Below, piece after piece: positions 9,566 through 17,098 of a stretch of 42,638 nucleotides of DNA (its first letter is position 1; every line of letters starts with the position of its first letter). Source of the DNA: Candidatus Woesearchaeota archaeon (GTDB lineage: Archaea > Nanobdellota > Nanobdellia > Pacearchaeales > GW2011-AR1); NCBI GenBank assembly GCA_964472575.1, contig CAYYLH010000001.1:1-42638 (forward strand), written 5' to 3'. The translations under genes and the position numbers were made by a program. The notes under the pieces are model-generated. The model did not search any database, had not been told where the DNA came from, and saw only the letters and a list, made by a program, of their open reading frames with translations.

Positions 9566-9587
9566 AGTTAACAATAGTAAACAACTA

Positions 9588-9595
9588 TTTATAAA
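9588..9595. promoter_or_regulatory. Palindromic TATA box TTTATAAA, likely promoter of leaderless trx; could also fire rightward
   Basis: Its centre is about 27 nt upstream of the trx ATG at 9565. Confidence 0.45.
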
Positions 9596-9606
9596 AGTTG
9601 CGGAAT

Positions 9607-9655
9607 CAGTGATAACTATCTCATTCTAATCATCAACAGTGATAACTATCTCATT
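9607..9655 (+). repeat. 19-nt direct repeat cagtgataactatctcatt, 2 copies, 30-bp period
   Basis: Identical copies at 9607-9625 and 9637-9655. Confidence 0.9.
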
Positions 9656-9849
9656 TCTTTGATGCATGTCAAGTGTAGAACTTTGTTCTACTAGCGTCTT
9701 TCTTTTTCTTTTTAACTGCTATAGTTCTTTTGTCTGTACATCTTTTCCTATTTTATTTCTTTGATGCGTGTCAAGTGTAGAACTTTGTTCTACTAGCGTC
9801 TCTCTCTTTCTTTTTAACTGCTATAGTTCTTTTGTCCGTACATCTTTTC
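9654..9849 (+). repeat. ~102-bp tandem repeat, 2 copies (9654-9747 and 9756-9849), each with a 7-bp-stem hairpin plus T-tract
   Basis: The unit tttctttgatgcRtgtcaagtgtagaactttgttctactagcgtc...aactgctatagttcttttgtcYgtacatcttttc was read twice. Hairpins GTAGAAC-ttt-GTTCTAC lie at 9675-9691 and 9777-9793. Confidence 0.9.
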
Positions 9850-9868
9850 TTTCTAAGAAAAGACGTAC
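9838..9868. promoter_or_regulatory. Imperfect 14-bp-arm palindrome GTACATCTTTTCTT-tct-AAGAAAAGACGTAC upstream of DNA ligase
   Basis: 13 of 14 arm positions are complementary. It ends 36 nt before the lig ATG, just upstream of an A/T-rich TATA-like stretch. A homologous element lies upstream of mcm. Confidence 0.6.
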
Positions 9869-9903
9869 CTAACAATTAAAAACTCAAAAAACCTGTAAAA
9901 TAT

Positions 9904-11577
9904 ATGAAGTACAAAGAACTATGTGACCTATATGAAGAGCTAGAACAAACCTCTTCAAGCCTAGAAAAAACAACACAAATAGCTGAATTTCTAAAAAAAA
10001 TAAAATCCTCTCCAGACATAATCTACCTAATACAAGGAAGAATCTCTCCAGACTATAATAAAAATGAACTAGGAATATCAACCCAACTAGTAATAAAAGC
10101 AATTCAAAAAGCAGCAGGGATAAAAAAAGAACAAGTAATCAAATCATTCAAACAAACAGGAGACCTTGGAACAACAGCTGAAAATCTTTTAGAAAAAAAA
10201 CAACAATCATCACTATTTACACAAAAACTAACAGCTGAAAAAGTAATACAAAATCTTCAAAAACTTCCTACATTAGAAGGAAAAGGAACAATAGACAATA
10301 AAATCTCACTAATCTTAGAACTTCTAAACTCAACACCAAGACAGGCTAAATACATAATAAGAACAATTCTTTCAGATTTAAAAATAGGTGTAGGTTCTGG
10401 AATACTAAGAGATGCAATAGTAAAATACTGCTTTCCAGATAAAGATAAAAAAGAATATCAAGATAAAGTTCAACAAGCCTATGACAAGCTTCCAGACTTC
10501 TCACTGGTATTTGAAAAAGCTTGTAAAAACAAACTAAATGAAATAACACTATCACCTGGAAATCCAATAAAAGTAATGCTCTTTCCAAAAGCAAAAGATG
10601 TAGAAGATGCATTTAGAATTGTAGGAAAACCAGCTGCTTTTGAATATAAATACGATGGATTTAGACTAATGATAAATAAAGATAAATCAGGAAAGGTAAA
10701 ACTATTCACAAGAAGACTAGATAATGTAACTAATCAGTTTCCAGATGTAGTAAAAGCAGTTGAACATATAAAAGCAGACACATTTGTAATAGATTCAGAA
10801 GTAGTAGGTTATGACTCTAAAACAAAAAAATACAAACCCTTTCAATACATCTCTCAAAGAATTAAAAGAAAATATGACATAGATAAACTAGTTGAAAATC
10901 TTCCAGTAGAACTAATGGTTTTTGATATAATATACTATAATGGAAAATCACTAATACAAGAACCATTTGAAAAAAGAAGAAAACTTCTTGAAAAAATTAC
11001 AAAAGAAAAACCAATGACAATCAGACTAGCAGACCAAATAATCACAGATAATGAAAAAGAAGTAGAGAAATTCTATAAAAAAGCTTTAGATGAAGGACAA
11101 GAAGGATTAATGGGTAAAAACCTTCAAGCTAACTATAAACCAGGTTCAAGAATTGGACATGCAGTAAAACTAAAACCAGAAGATAATGATTTTGATTTAG
11201 TTATAACAGGTGCAGAATATGGAACAGGAAAAAGAGCAGGCTGGTTAACAAGTTTTGATGTCTCGTGTAAAGATGAAAATGAAGAACTCTTAGAAATAGG
11301 AAAAGTATCAACAGGATTAAAAGAAAAACAAGAACAAGGACTTTCATTTGAAGAGCTAACAAAAAAACTAAAACCACTAATCAATGAAGAACACGGAAAA
11401 CATATTCAAGTAAAACCAGAAATAATAGTTACTGTTCAGTATCAAAACATACAAACATCTCCTACTTATTCATCTGGCTATGCTTTAAGATTTCCAAGAA
11501 TTAAACAACTACGTCCTGACAGAGGTGTAGATGATATTGCTACTCTAAATGAAATTAAAAAAGAGGCAGAAAAATGA
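9904..11577 (+). CDS. lig: ATP-dependent DNA ligase
   Basis: Adenylation motif I AAFEYKYDGFR (KxDG), later ligase motifs (EGLMGK, AVKLKP), and C-terminal OB domain ending YALRFPRIKQLRPDR. Confidence 0.95.
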   Translation: MKYKELCDLYEELEQTSSSLEKTTQIAEFLKKIKSSPDIIYLIQGRISPDYNKNELGISTQLVIKAIQKAAGIKKEQVIKSFKQTGDLGTTAENLLEKKQQSSLFTQKLTAEKVIQNLQKLPTLEGKGTIDNKISLILELLNSTPRQAKYIIRTILSDLKIGVGSGILRDAIVKYCFPDKDKKEYQDKVQQAYDKLPDFSLVFEKACKNKLNEITLSPGNPIKVMLFPKAKDVEDAFRIVGKPAAFEYKYDGFRLMINKDKSGKVKLFTRRLDNVTNQFPDVVKAVEHIKADTFVIDSEVVGYDSKTKKYKPFQYISQRIKRKYDIDKLVENLPVELMVFDIIYYNGKSLIQEPFEKRRKLLEKITKEKPMTIRLADQIITDNEKEVEKFYKKALDEGQEGLMGKNLQANYKPGSRIGHAVKLKPEDNDFDLVITGAEYGTGKRAGWLTSFDVSCKDENEELLEIGKVSTGLKEKQEQGLSFEELTKKLKPLINEEHGKHIQVKPEIIVTVQYQNIQTSPTYSSGYALRFPRIKQLRPDRGVDDIATLNEIKKEAEK

Positions 11578-11762
11578 GTTTAGAACAATCACTAAAAAAT
11601 TTACCAGAAATAAAAAAAGATACAATACCAAATCAAGAAAGAGAAATTCCAAAATGGTTAGATTACACATTATGGGGAATTACCTATACACTAGCAGCAG
11701 CTGCAGCTGCAAGCCTAATTGGTCCTGCAATATATGACATATATACCAAGATTACTAATTAA
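11574..11762 (+). CDS. Small hypothetical membrane protein
   Basis: ATGA overlap with the lig stop. One hydrophobic helix, WGITYTLAAAAAASLIGPAIY. Preferred over the alternative-frame ORF 11549..11737. Confidence 0.35.
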   Translation: MSLEQSLKNLPEIKKDTIPNQEREIPKWLDYTLWGITYTLAAAAAASLIGPAIYDIYTKITN

Positions 11763-11840
11763 TCCTTTAAAAACCTAAAAATCAATCGAGGAGAAAAATC
11801 CAAAGCTTTAAAAAGCCAAATCCTTTATAAATGATACAAC

Positions 11841-12401
11841 ATGGCAAAAAAAAGTTCTTTAAAAGTACAAAATATTGTAGCTACTACTTCTCTTGGAAAG
11901 GAAGTATCTCTAACTAAGTTAGCAAGAACTCAACCAAATACAGAGTATAATCCAGATACATTTCCAGGACTAGTTTTAAGAATTGAAAAACCTAAATCAG
12001 CTGTTTTAGTATTCTCTTCAGGAAATCTTGTATGTACAGGAACTAAATCTGTAAAACAAGTAAAAGAAGTAATACAGCAAGTAATCAAACAACTAAGAAA
12101 AATCAAAGTTAATGTAACAGAAAAGCCAAAAATAGAAGTTCAAAACATAGTAGCTTCTGGTTCTATTAATCTAGATTTAAATCTTAATACACTATCACTA
12201 GAACTAGAAAACACAGAATACGAACCAGAACAATTTCCAGGTTTAGTATACAAACTAGATGAACCAACAGCAACATTCTTATTATTCTCTAATGGAAAAC
12301 TAGTATGTACAGGAACAAAGAACAAAAAACAACTAGATGAATCAATAGTGCAATTGAACAAGAATGTTAAAGATGCACTAAAAAGACTAAAAAATATGTA
12401 A
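11841..12401 (+). CDS. tbp: TATA-box binding protein
   Basis: Two TBP repeats: VQNIVATTSLGKEV...FPGLVLRIEKPKSAVLVFSSGNLVCTG and VQNIVASGSINLDL...FPGLVYKLDEPTATFLLFSNGKLVCTG. Confidence 0.95.
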   Translation: MAKKSSLKVQNIVATTSLGKEVSLTKLARTQPNTEYNPDTFPGLVLRIEKPKSAVLVFSSGNLVCTGTKSVKQVKEVIQQVIKQLRKIKVNVTEKPKIEVQNIVASGSINLDLNLNTLSLELENTEYEPEQFPGLVYKLDEPTATFLLFSNGKLVCTGTKNKKQLDESIVQLNKNVKDALKRLKNM

Positions 12402-12469
12402 GTATCTTTTACTAATTCTACACTAATTACAAATTTCAATTATCAATTAATATAACTAATCTCAATAAA

Positions 12470-12907
12470 ATGGTAAGAATAAACCTACTAAATCCAAACT
12501 CACTATCAGACCAACATCTAATAGCAGAATATAATGAAATACTTATGCTAATTGGGTTTATACAAAAGTTTCCATTACTAGAACTAACCATCATTCCAAA
12601 AAATTACACACTAGGAAAAGGACATATTAACTTCTTTAAAAACAAACTAACCTACATCAAAAATAGACATGAGCAAATAAAAAAAGAAATGCTAAAAAGA
12701 AAATTCAAACCAACTAAAACACTAAAACTAAATCATAAATCACTAACAAACAAACATAAAAACAATTACAAACCAACACAAGAAGCAAAACAACTAATCA
12801 AACAAAGAATAAAACAAAAAATAAAATCAAAACCTAATTTCTATAGATACTATAAACACTACAAACCTGTAAACTTCTTTCTAAATTTAATAGATAATTC
12901 AGATTAA
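12470..12907 (+). CDS. Pyrimidine-dimer DNA glycosylase-like protein (T4 endoV / Pyr_excise family) with K-rich tail
   Basis: N-terminus MVRINLLNPNSLSDQHLIAEYNEI matches the family's conserved start (RINL...L.DQHL.AE..E). Confidence 0.65.
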   Translation: MVRINLLNPNSLSDQHLIAEYNEILMLIGFIQKFPLLELTIIPKNYTLGKGHINFFKNKLTYIKNRHEQIKKEMLKRKFKPTKTLKLNHKSLTNKHKNNYKPTQEAKQLIKQRIKQKIKSKPNFYRYYKHYKPVNFFLNLIDNSD

Positions 12908-12939
12908 AAACTTATAAACACCCTAAACCTAGTATAAAT

Positions 12940-13350
12940 ATGAACTTTAGACAATACACAACATCATCAGGAAAACAAATACTAGCAGGAAAATCAGCTG
13001 AAAATAATGAACAACTAGTAGCACAAGCACAAGAAAATGAACTACTACTCCACACAACAGAGCCAGGAAGCCCATTTGTAAATATAAAAGCTCCAGAAGA
13101 AAAAACAACAAAGAAAGACATACAAGAATCAGCTTGCTTCTGTGCACTACACTCTCAAGACTTTAGAGATAATCCAAATAAAAAAACATACTCAATAGAT
13201 ACATTCAAAAAATCAGACACCTATAAAAATAAATCAATGAAAACAGGAACATTTGGAGTAAATAAAAAACAAACAATACAAATAAAAAAACAAGATGTCT
13301 TAAACCTAAAACAAGAACTAAATAAAAAACAAGAAAATGAAGCAAACTAG
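12940..13350 (+). CDS. NFACT-R (DUF814)-like RNA-binding protein
   Basis: ILAGKSAENNEQLVAQAQENELLLHTTEPGSPFVNIK fits the DUF814 pattern (GKna.qNe.L...d.w.H...pGS.v.i). Confidence 0.55.
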   Translation: MNFRQYTTSSGKQILAGKSAENNEQLVAQAQENELLLHTTEPGSPFVNIKAPEEKTTKKDIQESACFCALHSQDFRDNPNKKTYSIDTFKKSDTYKNKSMKTGTFGVNKKQTIQIKKQDVLNLKQELNKKQENEAN

Positions 13351-13582
13351 AAAAGTACAAATAGGAAAAAAAGGTCTAACACCAGGAACACTAGATATAA
13401 TCAAAAGCACATTTACTAATGCTAATTCTGTTCGTGTCTCATTACTACAATCAGCAACACGAGATAAAGAACAAGCAAGAGAAATCGCAGATAAAATAGT
13501 AGATGAACTCGGTAGAAACTACAAATACAGACTAATTGGGTATACCATTGTAATCAATAAATTCAAAAAACCAGTTAGATAA
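13337..13582 (+). CDS. YhbY/CRS1-like RNA-binding protein
   Basis: VQIGKKGLTPGTLDIIKSTF...RVSLLQS...AREIADKIVDELG is the typical YhbY layout. 14-nt overlap with the previous gene. Confidence 0.7.
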   Translation: MKQTRKVQIGKKGLTPGTLDIIKSTFTNANSVRVSLLQSATRDKEQAREIADKIVDELGRNYKYRLIGYTIVINKFKKPVR

Positions 13583-13598
13583 TCAACTAATACAGATA

Positions 13599-13633
13599 TA
13601 ATTAATCAAAATCAAATCCTAGCTAAGTAATCT
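13599..13633 (+). repeat. Dispersed intergenic repeat, A module (taattaatc-N-aatcaaatcctagctaagtaat)
   Basis: Shares the core AAATCYTRGCTAAGT preceded by TTAATTAAT with copies at 15.3, 27.6, 31.8 and 42.2 kb. Confidence 0.7.
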
Positions 13634-13821
13634 AATAAAATAACCAGTCTTACTAATTAATTCAAAAAAATAATCATATTGCTTGTAACAACTATCAGAA
13701 TGACTTCCAAATCACAGCAAAACAAACCTTTATAAACCCAAAACCAAACATACTAACAGGTTAAAGGCTTGAAAAAGCTAATCTATCTCTGAAAAGAGAG
13801 CCTAAATCATAACAATATAAA

Positions 13822-14358
13822 ATGGAAACAAAAGTATATTTCAAAGACCCAGAAGCATACAACCTAGCTCTAGCTGAAGAACTAAAAAAACTACCAGAAT
13901 TCAAAGCACCAGAATGGAGTTTATATGTAAAATCATCTGTATCAAAAACAAGACCACCTACAGACCCAGACTTCTGGTATAAAAGAGCAGCTTCAATTCT
14001 AAGACAATTAGCAATAAAAGGAGTAGTAGGTGTAAACAGACTAAAAACAAGATATGGTTCTAAAAAAAATAGAGGAGGAAAACCATCTAGATTTAAAAAA
14101 GCATCAGGTAAAATGATAAGAACAATTCTACAACAAGCAGAACAAGCTAATATGATAGAAAAAGTATCTAATATACAACACGGAAGAAGACTAACTGAAA
14201 ACGGAAGAAAATTCCTAACATCAATCACACTAAAACAAAAACCAAAACAACAACCAATAGAAAAAGAACAACCTAAAGAACCACAACCAAAAACTAAAAA
14301 GCAAGAAGATAAACAAGAAACTAAAGAAGTAAAACAAGGAGAAGAAAATGCCAATTAA
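13822..14358 (+). CDS. rps19e: 30S ribosomal protein S19e with K/E/Q-rich C-terminal extension
   Basis: PEWSLYVKSSVSKTRPPTDPDFWYKRAASILRQLAIKGVVGVNRLKTRYGSKKNRGGKP is the S19e signature. Confidence 0.9.
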   Translation: METKVYFKDPEAYNLALAEELKKLPEFKAPEWSLYVKSSVSKTRPPTDPDFWYKRAASILRQLAIKGVVGVNRLKTRYGSKKNRGGKPSRFKKASGKMIRTILQQAEQANMIEKVSNIQHGRRLTENGRKFLTSITLKQKPKQQPIEKEQPKEPQPKTKKQEDKQETKEVKQGEENAN

Positions 14359-14551
14359 ACACACTGGAAAAAAAGTAAAACTAAGTAAAGCAAAAAAGCA
14401 AACTAAGTGGGCTCCTTTTTGGACAGTTTTAAAAAAATACGGACAAGGCAAAAAAGTACACCCTTCTAGACACACTCATGTAAAAAGAAGCTGGAGAAGA
14501 AACAAACTAAAAATTAAACCAAGAAAACTAAGAAAAGACTTCTTAGGATAA
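14348..14551 (+). CDS. rpl39e: 50S ribosomal protein L39e
   Basis: KLSKAKKQTKWAPFWTVLK...HPSRHTHVKRSWRRNKLKI fits L39e. Conserved archaeal L39e-L31e gene order. Confidence 0.85.
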   Translation: MPIKHTGKKVKLSKAKKQTKWAPFWTVLKKYGQGKKVHPSRHTHVKRSWRRNKLKIKPRKLRKDFLG

Positions 14552-14555
14552 AAAT

Positions 14556-15293
14556 ATGGCAGATAAAAAAACTAAAAAAACTACTAAGAAAGCTAAAACT
14601 AGTGATAAATCTAAAGAAGATAAAAAAGAAACAGCAAAGCAAATAGCTAAAGAAGTACAAGCTAAAGCAAATGAAAAACTACAAGAAAAAACAAATCAAA
14701 CAAAAGATAAAAAACAAGAAGAAGTAAAACCAGAACTAGAAAGAGAATACACAATTCCATTAAGAAAAGAAATTCTAAAAGTTCCAAAATATAGAAGAGC
14801 AAGCAAAGCAATCAAAACAATTAAAATCTTCTTAGCAAAACACATGAAAGTAGAAGATAGAAATCTACAAAACATTAAAATCAATTTACATCTAAATAAT
14901 GAAGTATGGAAAAGAGGAATAAGAAAACCTCCAGTAAAAATAAAAGTAATAGCTAAAAAAATAAAAGGAATAGTTTATGTAGAACTTCCAGAATTATCAG
15001 AACACACTAAATATCAAATAGCAAAACAAGAAAAACTAAAACAAGTAGATGAAAAAGCAATGAAGCAAGTACAAAAACAAGAGAAACAAGAACAAGATAC
15101 AAAAGAACAAAGAGGACACAAAGAAACAGAAAAAGAAAAAGAGAATGAAAAAGAAAAAGAAAAATCAGCAGAACAGCAAAAACTAGCTAAGCAAGAAAAT
15201 CAAGCTAAAGCACAAAAACACACAACACAACCAAAAACTCAGAACCAAATCAAACAAACAGAAACAACACATAGAAAAGCATTAAAGAAATAA
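14556..15293 (+). CDS. rpl31e: 50S ribosomal protein L31e with long N- and C-terminal K/E/Q-rich extensions
   Basis: The L31e core REYTIPLRKEILKVPKYRRASKAIKTIKIFLAKHMKV...NNEVWKRGIRKPPVKIKV is flanked by about 65 aa and about 95 aa of low-complexity sequence. Confidence 0.85.
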   Translation: MADKKTKKTTKKAKTSDKSKEDKKETAKQIAKEVQAKANEKLQEKTNQTKDKKQEEVKPELEREYTIPLRKEILKVPKYRRASKAIKTIKIFLAKHMKVEDRNLQNIKINLHLNNEVWKRGIRKPPVKIKVIAKKIKGIVYVELPELSEHTKYQIAKQEKLKQVDEKAMKQVQKQEKQEQDTKEQRGHKETEKEKENEKEKEKSAEQQKLAKQENQAKAQKHTTQPKTQNQIKQTETTHRKALKK

Positions 15294-15320
15294 TTCTAAA
15301 TTAATTAAATTAGCACCCTA

Positions 15321-15466
15321 TTAATTAATCACAATTCAAATCCTAATTAAGTAATTTAATCCCTATTTAACTAATTAAATAATATAATCATACCTTCCAA
15401 GAGATAATAATAAATAAACAGCATACACCCATTACCTAACAATCTAAAGATTTTGGACTTCTTTTT
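15321..15466 (+). repeat. Dispersed intergenic repeat, A module (15321-15360) plus B module (15381-15466)
   Basis: The B core catacacccattacctaacaatctaaagatt matches 42127-42157 with 1 mismatch in 31 nt. The A module is a variant (caaatcctaattaagtaat). Confidence 0.8.
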
Positions 15467-15603
15467 ATTTAAAATCTTGGTTGCATTTATAAAAATAATT
15501 TTCAATATAAACATTAGCCAATTAGCACACATTACTTAACTCTATTTTCCATTCTATTTATCCACACCCCCAAACTTAAAAACCAATTAAAACTAACATA
15601 ACT

Positions 15604-16458
15604 ATGAAACCAAATCAAACAAACATACAAAAACTACTAGAATTCGGAATACTAAACATAGACAAATCAGCAGGTCCAACCTCTTTCTCTGTATCTCACT
15701 ATATAAAAAATCAACTAAAACTAAGAAAAACATCCCACTTTGGAACACTAGACCCTAATGTCTCTGGAGTCTTACCAATAGCTCTAAACAGAGCATGTAA
15801 ACTAACAGGCTTCTTTCTAGGCTCTGATAAAACATACATAGGAATAATGCACACTCATAAAGAACAAGATATAAAAGAACTTCAAGAACTAATAAACAAA
15901 GAATTCATAGGAAAAATCACACAACTACCTCCAAAAAAATCAGCAGTAAAAAGACAAGAAAGACAAAGAGAAATACAAACATTCGAACTTCTAGAACAAG
16001 ATGAAAAAGACATCTTATTCATAACAAAAGTCCAAGGAGGAACCTATATAAGAAAACTTATACACGACCTAGGAGAACAAATCCAAGGAGCACACATGAC
16101 AGAACTAAGAAGAATACAAGCAGGACTATTTAATGAAGAAACATCAATAAATCTCTATGACCTAAAACAAGCAATCCATGAATATAAACTAGGTGACTCA
16201 AAACCACTAGAAAGCCTAATAACTCCTGCACAAGAACTCATAAAAAAAGCATTCCAAATAATACAAGTCAAATCAAGTGCAATAAGAACACTAAAAACCG
16301 GAAAACCACTCTATAAAAAAGACCTAAAAAATCCAGAAGACTGGGAAAGACTAGAACAAGACACCTTTGCAATCTTCTCAGGAGAACAATTCATAGAAAT
16401 AGCTAAAAAGTCAAATGAAAAATCAATTCTAGCTCGTTCTTTATTTGTATTTAATTAA
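15604..16458 (+). CDS. cbf5: tRNA/rRNA pseudouridine synthase Cbf5 (TruB family) with PUA-like C-terminus
   Basis: Catalytic motif HFGTLDPNVSGVLPI, KTYIGIM, and GTYIRKLIHDLG. Confidence 0.9.
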   Translation: MKPNQTNIQKLLEFGILNIDKSAGPTSFSVSHYIKNQLKLRKTSHFGTLDPNVSGVLPIALNRACKLTGFFLGSDKTYIGIMHTHKEQDIKELQELINKEFIGKITQLPPKKSAVKRQERQREIQTFELLEQDEKDILFITKVQGGTYIRKLIHDLGEQIQGAHMTELRRIQAGLFNEETSINLYDLKQAIHEYKLGDSKPLESLITPAQELIKKAFQIIQVKSSAIRTLKTGKPLYKKDLKNPEDWERLEQDTFAIFSGEQFIEIAKKSNEKSILARSLFVFN

Positions 16459-16964
16459 TCTTCAATTCTAAAATATAAAATACCAGCTAATTTTCCATCA
16501 TAACCAACACCAAATGAAAAATCCCCTTCACCATATCTTCTAATGAAATCATCAGCACTAAATCTCTTAAAACAAGCCTCACCTGCTATTTCATTCTTTT
16601 TTGCTAATACTTGTTTTTTAGAATTCATTAATGCAAGATTTAACCTGCTTCCTTGCAAATTTTGAGGTACTCCAATAGCTAATACAAACTCTTCTCCAGG
16701 ATAATAAATCCATCTTTCATCATCAAAATCAATCTCACCATCTTTATAACCAAATAAATTAAAATAATGACTTCTTAAACTAAAAAACCTTGGATCATTA
16801 TCCCTTACAATCACCTTAGGATTAGTACATCTATCTTCAAGATAATACCTCTCTCTTTGATTAGGCTGTGGTTGATAATCTCTACCAGAACATCCTAAAC
16901 ATCCAACACCTATCAATCCTGATAAAGCTATTTCAAGCCCTTTTCTCATAATTAATATACTCAT
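16455..16964 (-). CDS. Hypothetical secreted protein or lipoprotein
   Basis: N-terminal hydrophobic segment ending GVGCLGCSG (lipobox-like). Convergent 4-nt overlap with cbf5. Confidence 0.5.
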   Translation of the reverse strand: MSILIMRKGLEIALSGLIGVGCLGCSGRDYQPQPNQRERYYLEDRCTNPKVIVRDNDPRFFSLRSHYFNLFGYKDGEIDFDDERWIYYPGEEFVLAIGVPQNLQGSRLNLALMNSKKQVLAKKNEIAGEACFKRFSADDFIRRYGEGDFSFGVGYDGKLAGILYFRIED

Positions 16965-17013
16965 CTAAAATATATAAACCTTTTTCTAAAGCTATTATAG
17001 TTTCTTTTGATGC

Positions 17014-17046
17014 GTACAACTTTTCTTCTCTAAAGAAAAGTCGTAC
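17014..17046. promoter_or_regulatory. Imperfect 14-bp-arm palindrome GTACAACTTTTCTT-ctcta-AAGAAAAGTCGTAC upstream of mcm
   Basis: 13 of 14 arm positions are complementary. It ends about 24 nt upstream of the TATA box at 17070-17077. Homologous to 9838-9868, and the conserved 5' flank extends to 16991. Confidence 0.6.
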
Positions 17047-17069
17047 ATATATTCTCAACCCCACAAAAC

Positions 17070-17077
17070 TATAAAAA
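17070..17077 (+). promoter_or_regulatory. TATA box (TATAAAAA) for a leaderless mcm transcript
   Basis: Its centre is about 25 nt upstream of the ATG at 17099. No SD motif intervenes. Confidence 0.5.
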
Positions 17078-17098
17078 GCAAATCACACATCTATACTC

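Noticed and set aside
9654-9849. Possible CRISPR array or C/D-box sRNA in the trx/lig repeat region
   Set aside because: There are only two long units with no unique spacers and no cas genes, so this is not a CRISPR array. The ttgatgc element is not a canonical C box (RUGAUGA), and no properly spaced CUGA D box or guide arrangement is present.
9575-9903. Replication origin between trx and lig (AT-rich, repeats, next to a replication gene)
   Set aside because: No orc1/cdc6 gene is adjacent. The repeats do not resemble ORB or mini-ORB elements as I know them, and they are direct rather than inverted around an unwinding element. This cannot be excluded without skew or marker-frequency analysis, so it is left as an alternative only.
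11549-11737. Alternative-frame ORF overlapping the lig 3' end
   Set aside because: It is highly basic low-complexity sequence starting inside lig. The 11574 frame has an ATGA coupling and a plausible TM helix. Both are weak, and only the latter is reported, at low confidence.
13761-14354. Long antisense ORFs opposite well-supported genes. This covers 13761..14354 versus S19e, and also 667..882, 1783..2187, 2460..2726, 8323..8535, 9884..10102, 10346..10612, 10479..10709, 11133..11384, 12140..12439, 12912..13121 and 12947..13147. It further covers 14230..14475, 14696..14884, 17377..17952, 18582..18782, 18871..19137, 19154..19459, 19463..19666, 19748..19945, 19929..20156, 19976..20311, 20431..20697, 22712..22912, 22997..23260 and 23023..23235. 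The remaining ones are 24456..24701, 24574..24762, 29938..30135, 30819..31034, 31303..31632, 36073..36480, 36234..36470, 39575..39796 and 40091..40294.
   Set aside because: Each overlaps, on the opposite strand or in another frame, a gene with clear family motifs. Their translations are F/L/S/C-rich low-complexity strings, as expected from reading the complement of A-rich coding sequence. No motifs were recognised.
15294-15603. 310-bp intergenic region as a hidden structural RNA gene (SRP RNA, RNase P RNA, 5S)
   Set aside because: The sequence is extremely AT-rich, without the G+C-rich helices expected for structural RNAs in an AT-rich archaeon. It is instead explained by the A and B repeat modules plus a short inverted repeat (AAGATTTT/AAAATCTT).
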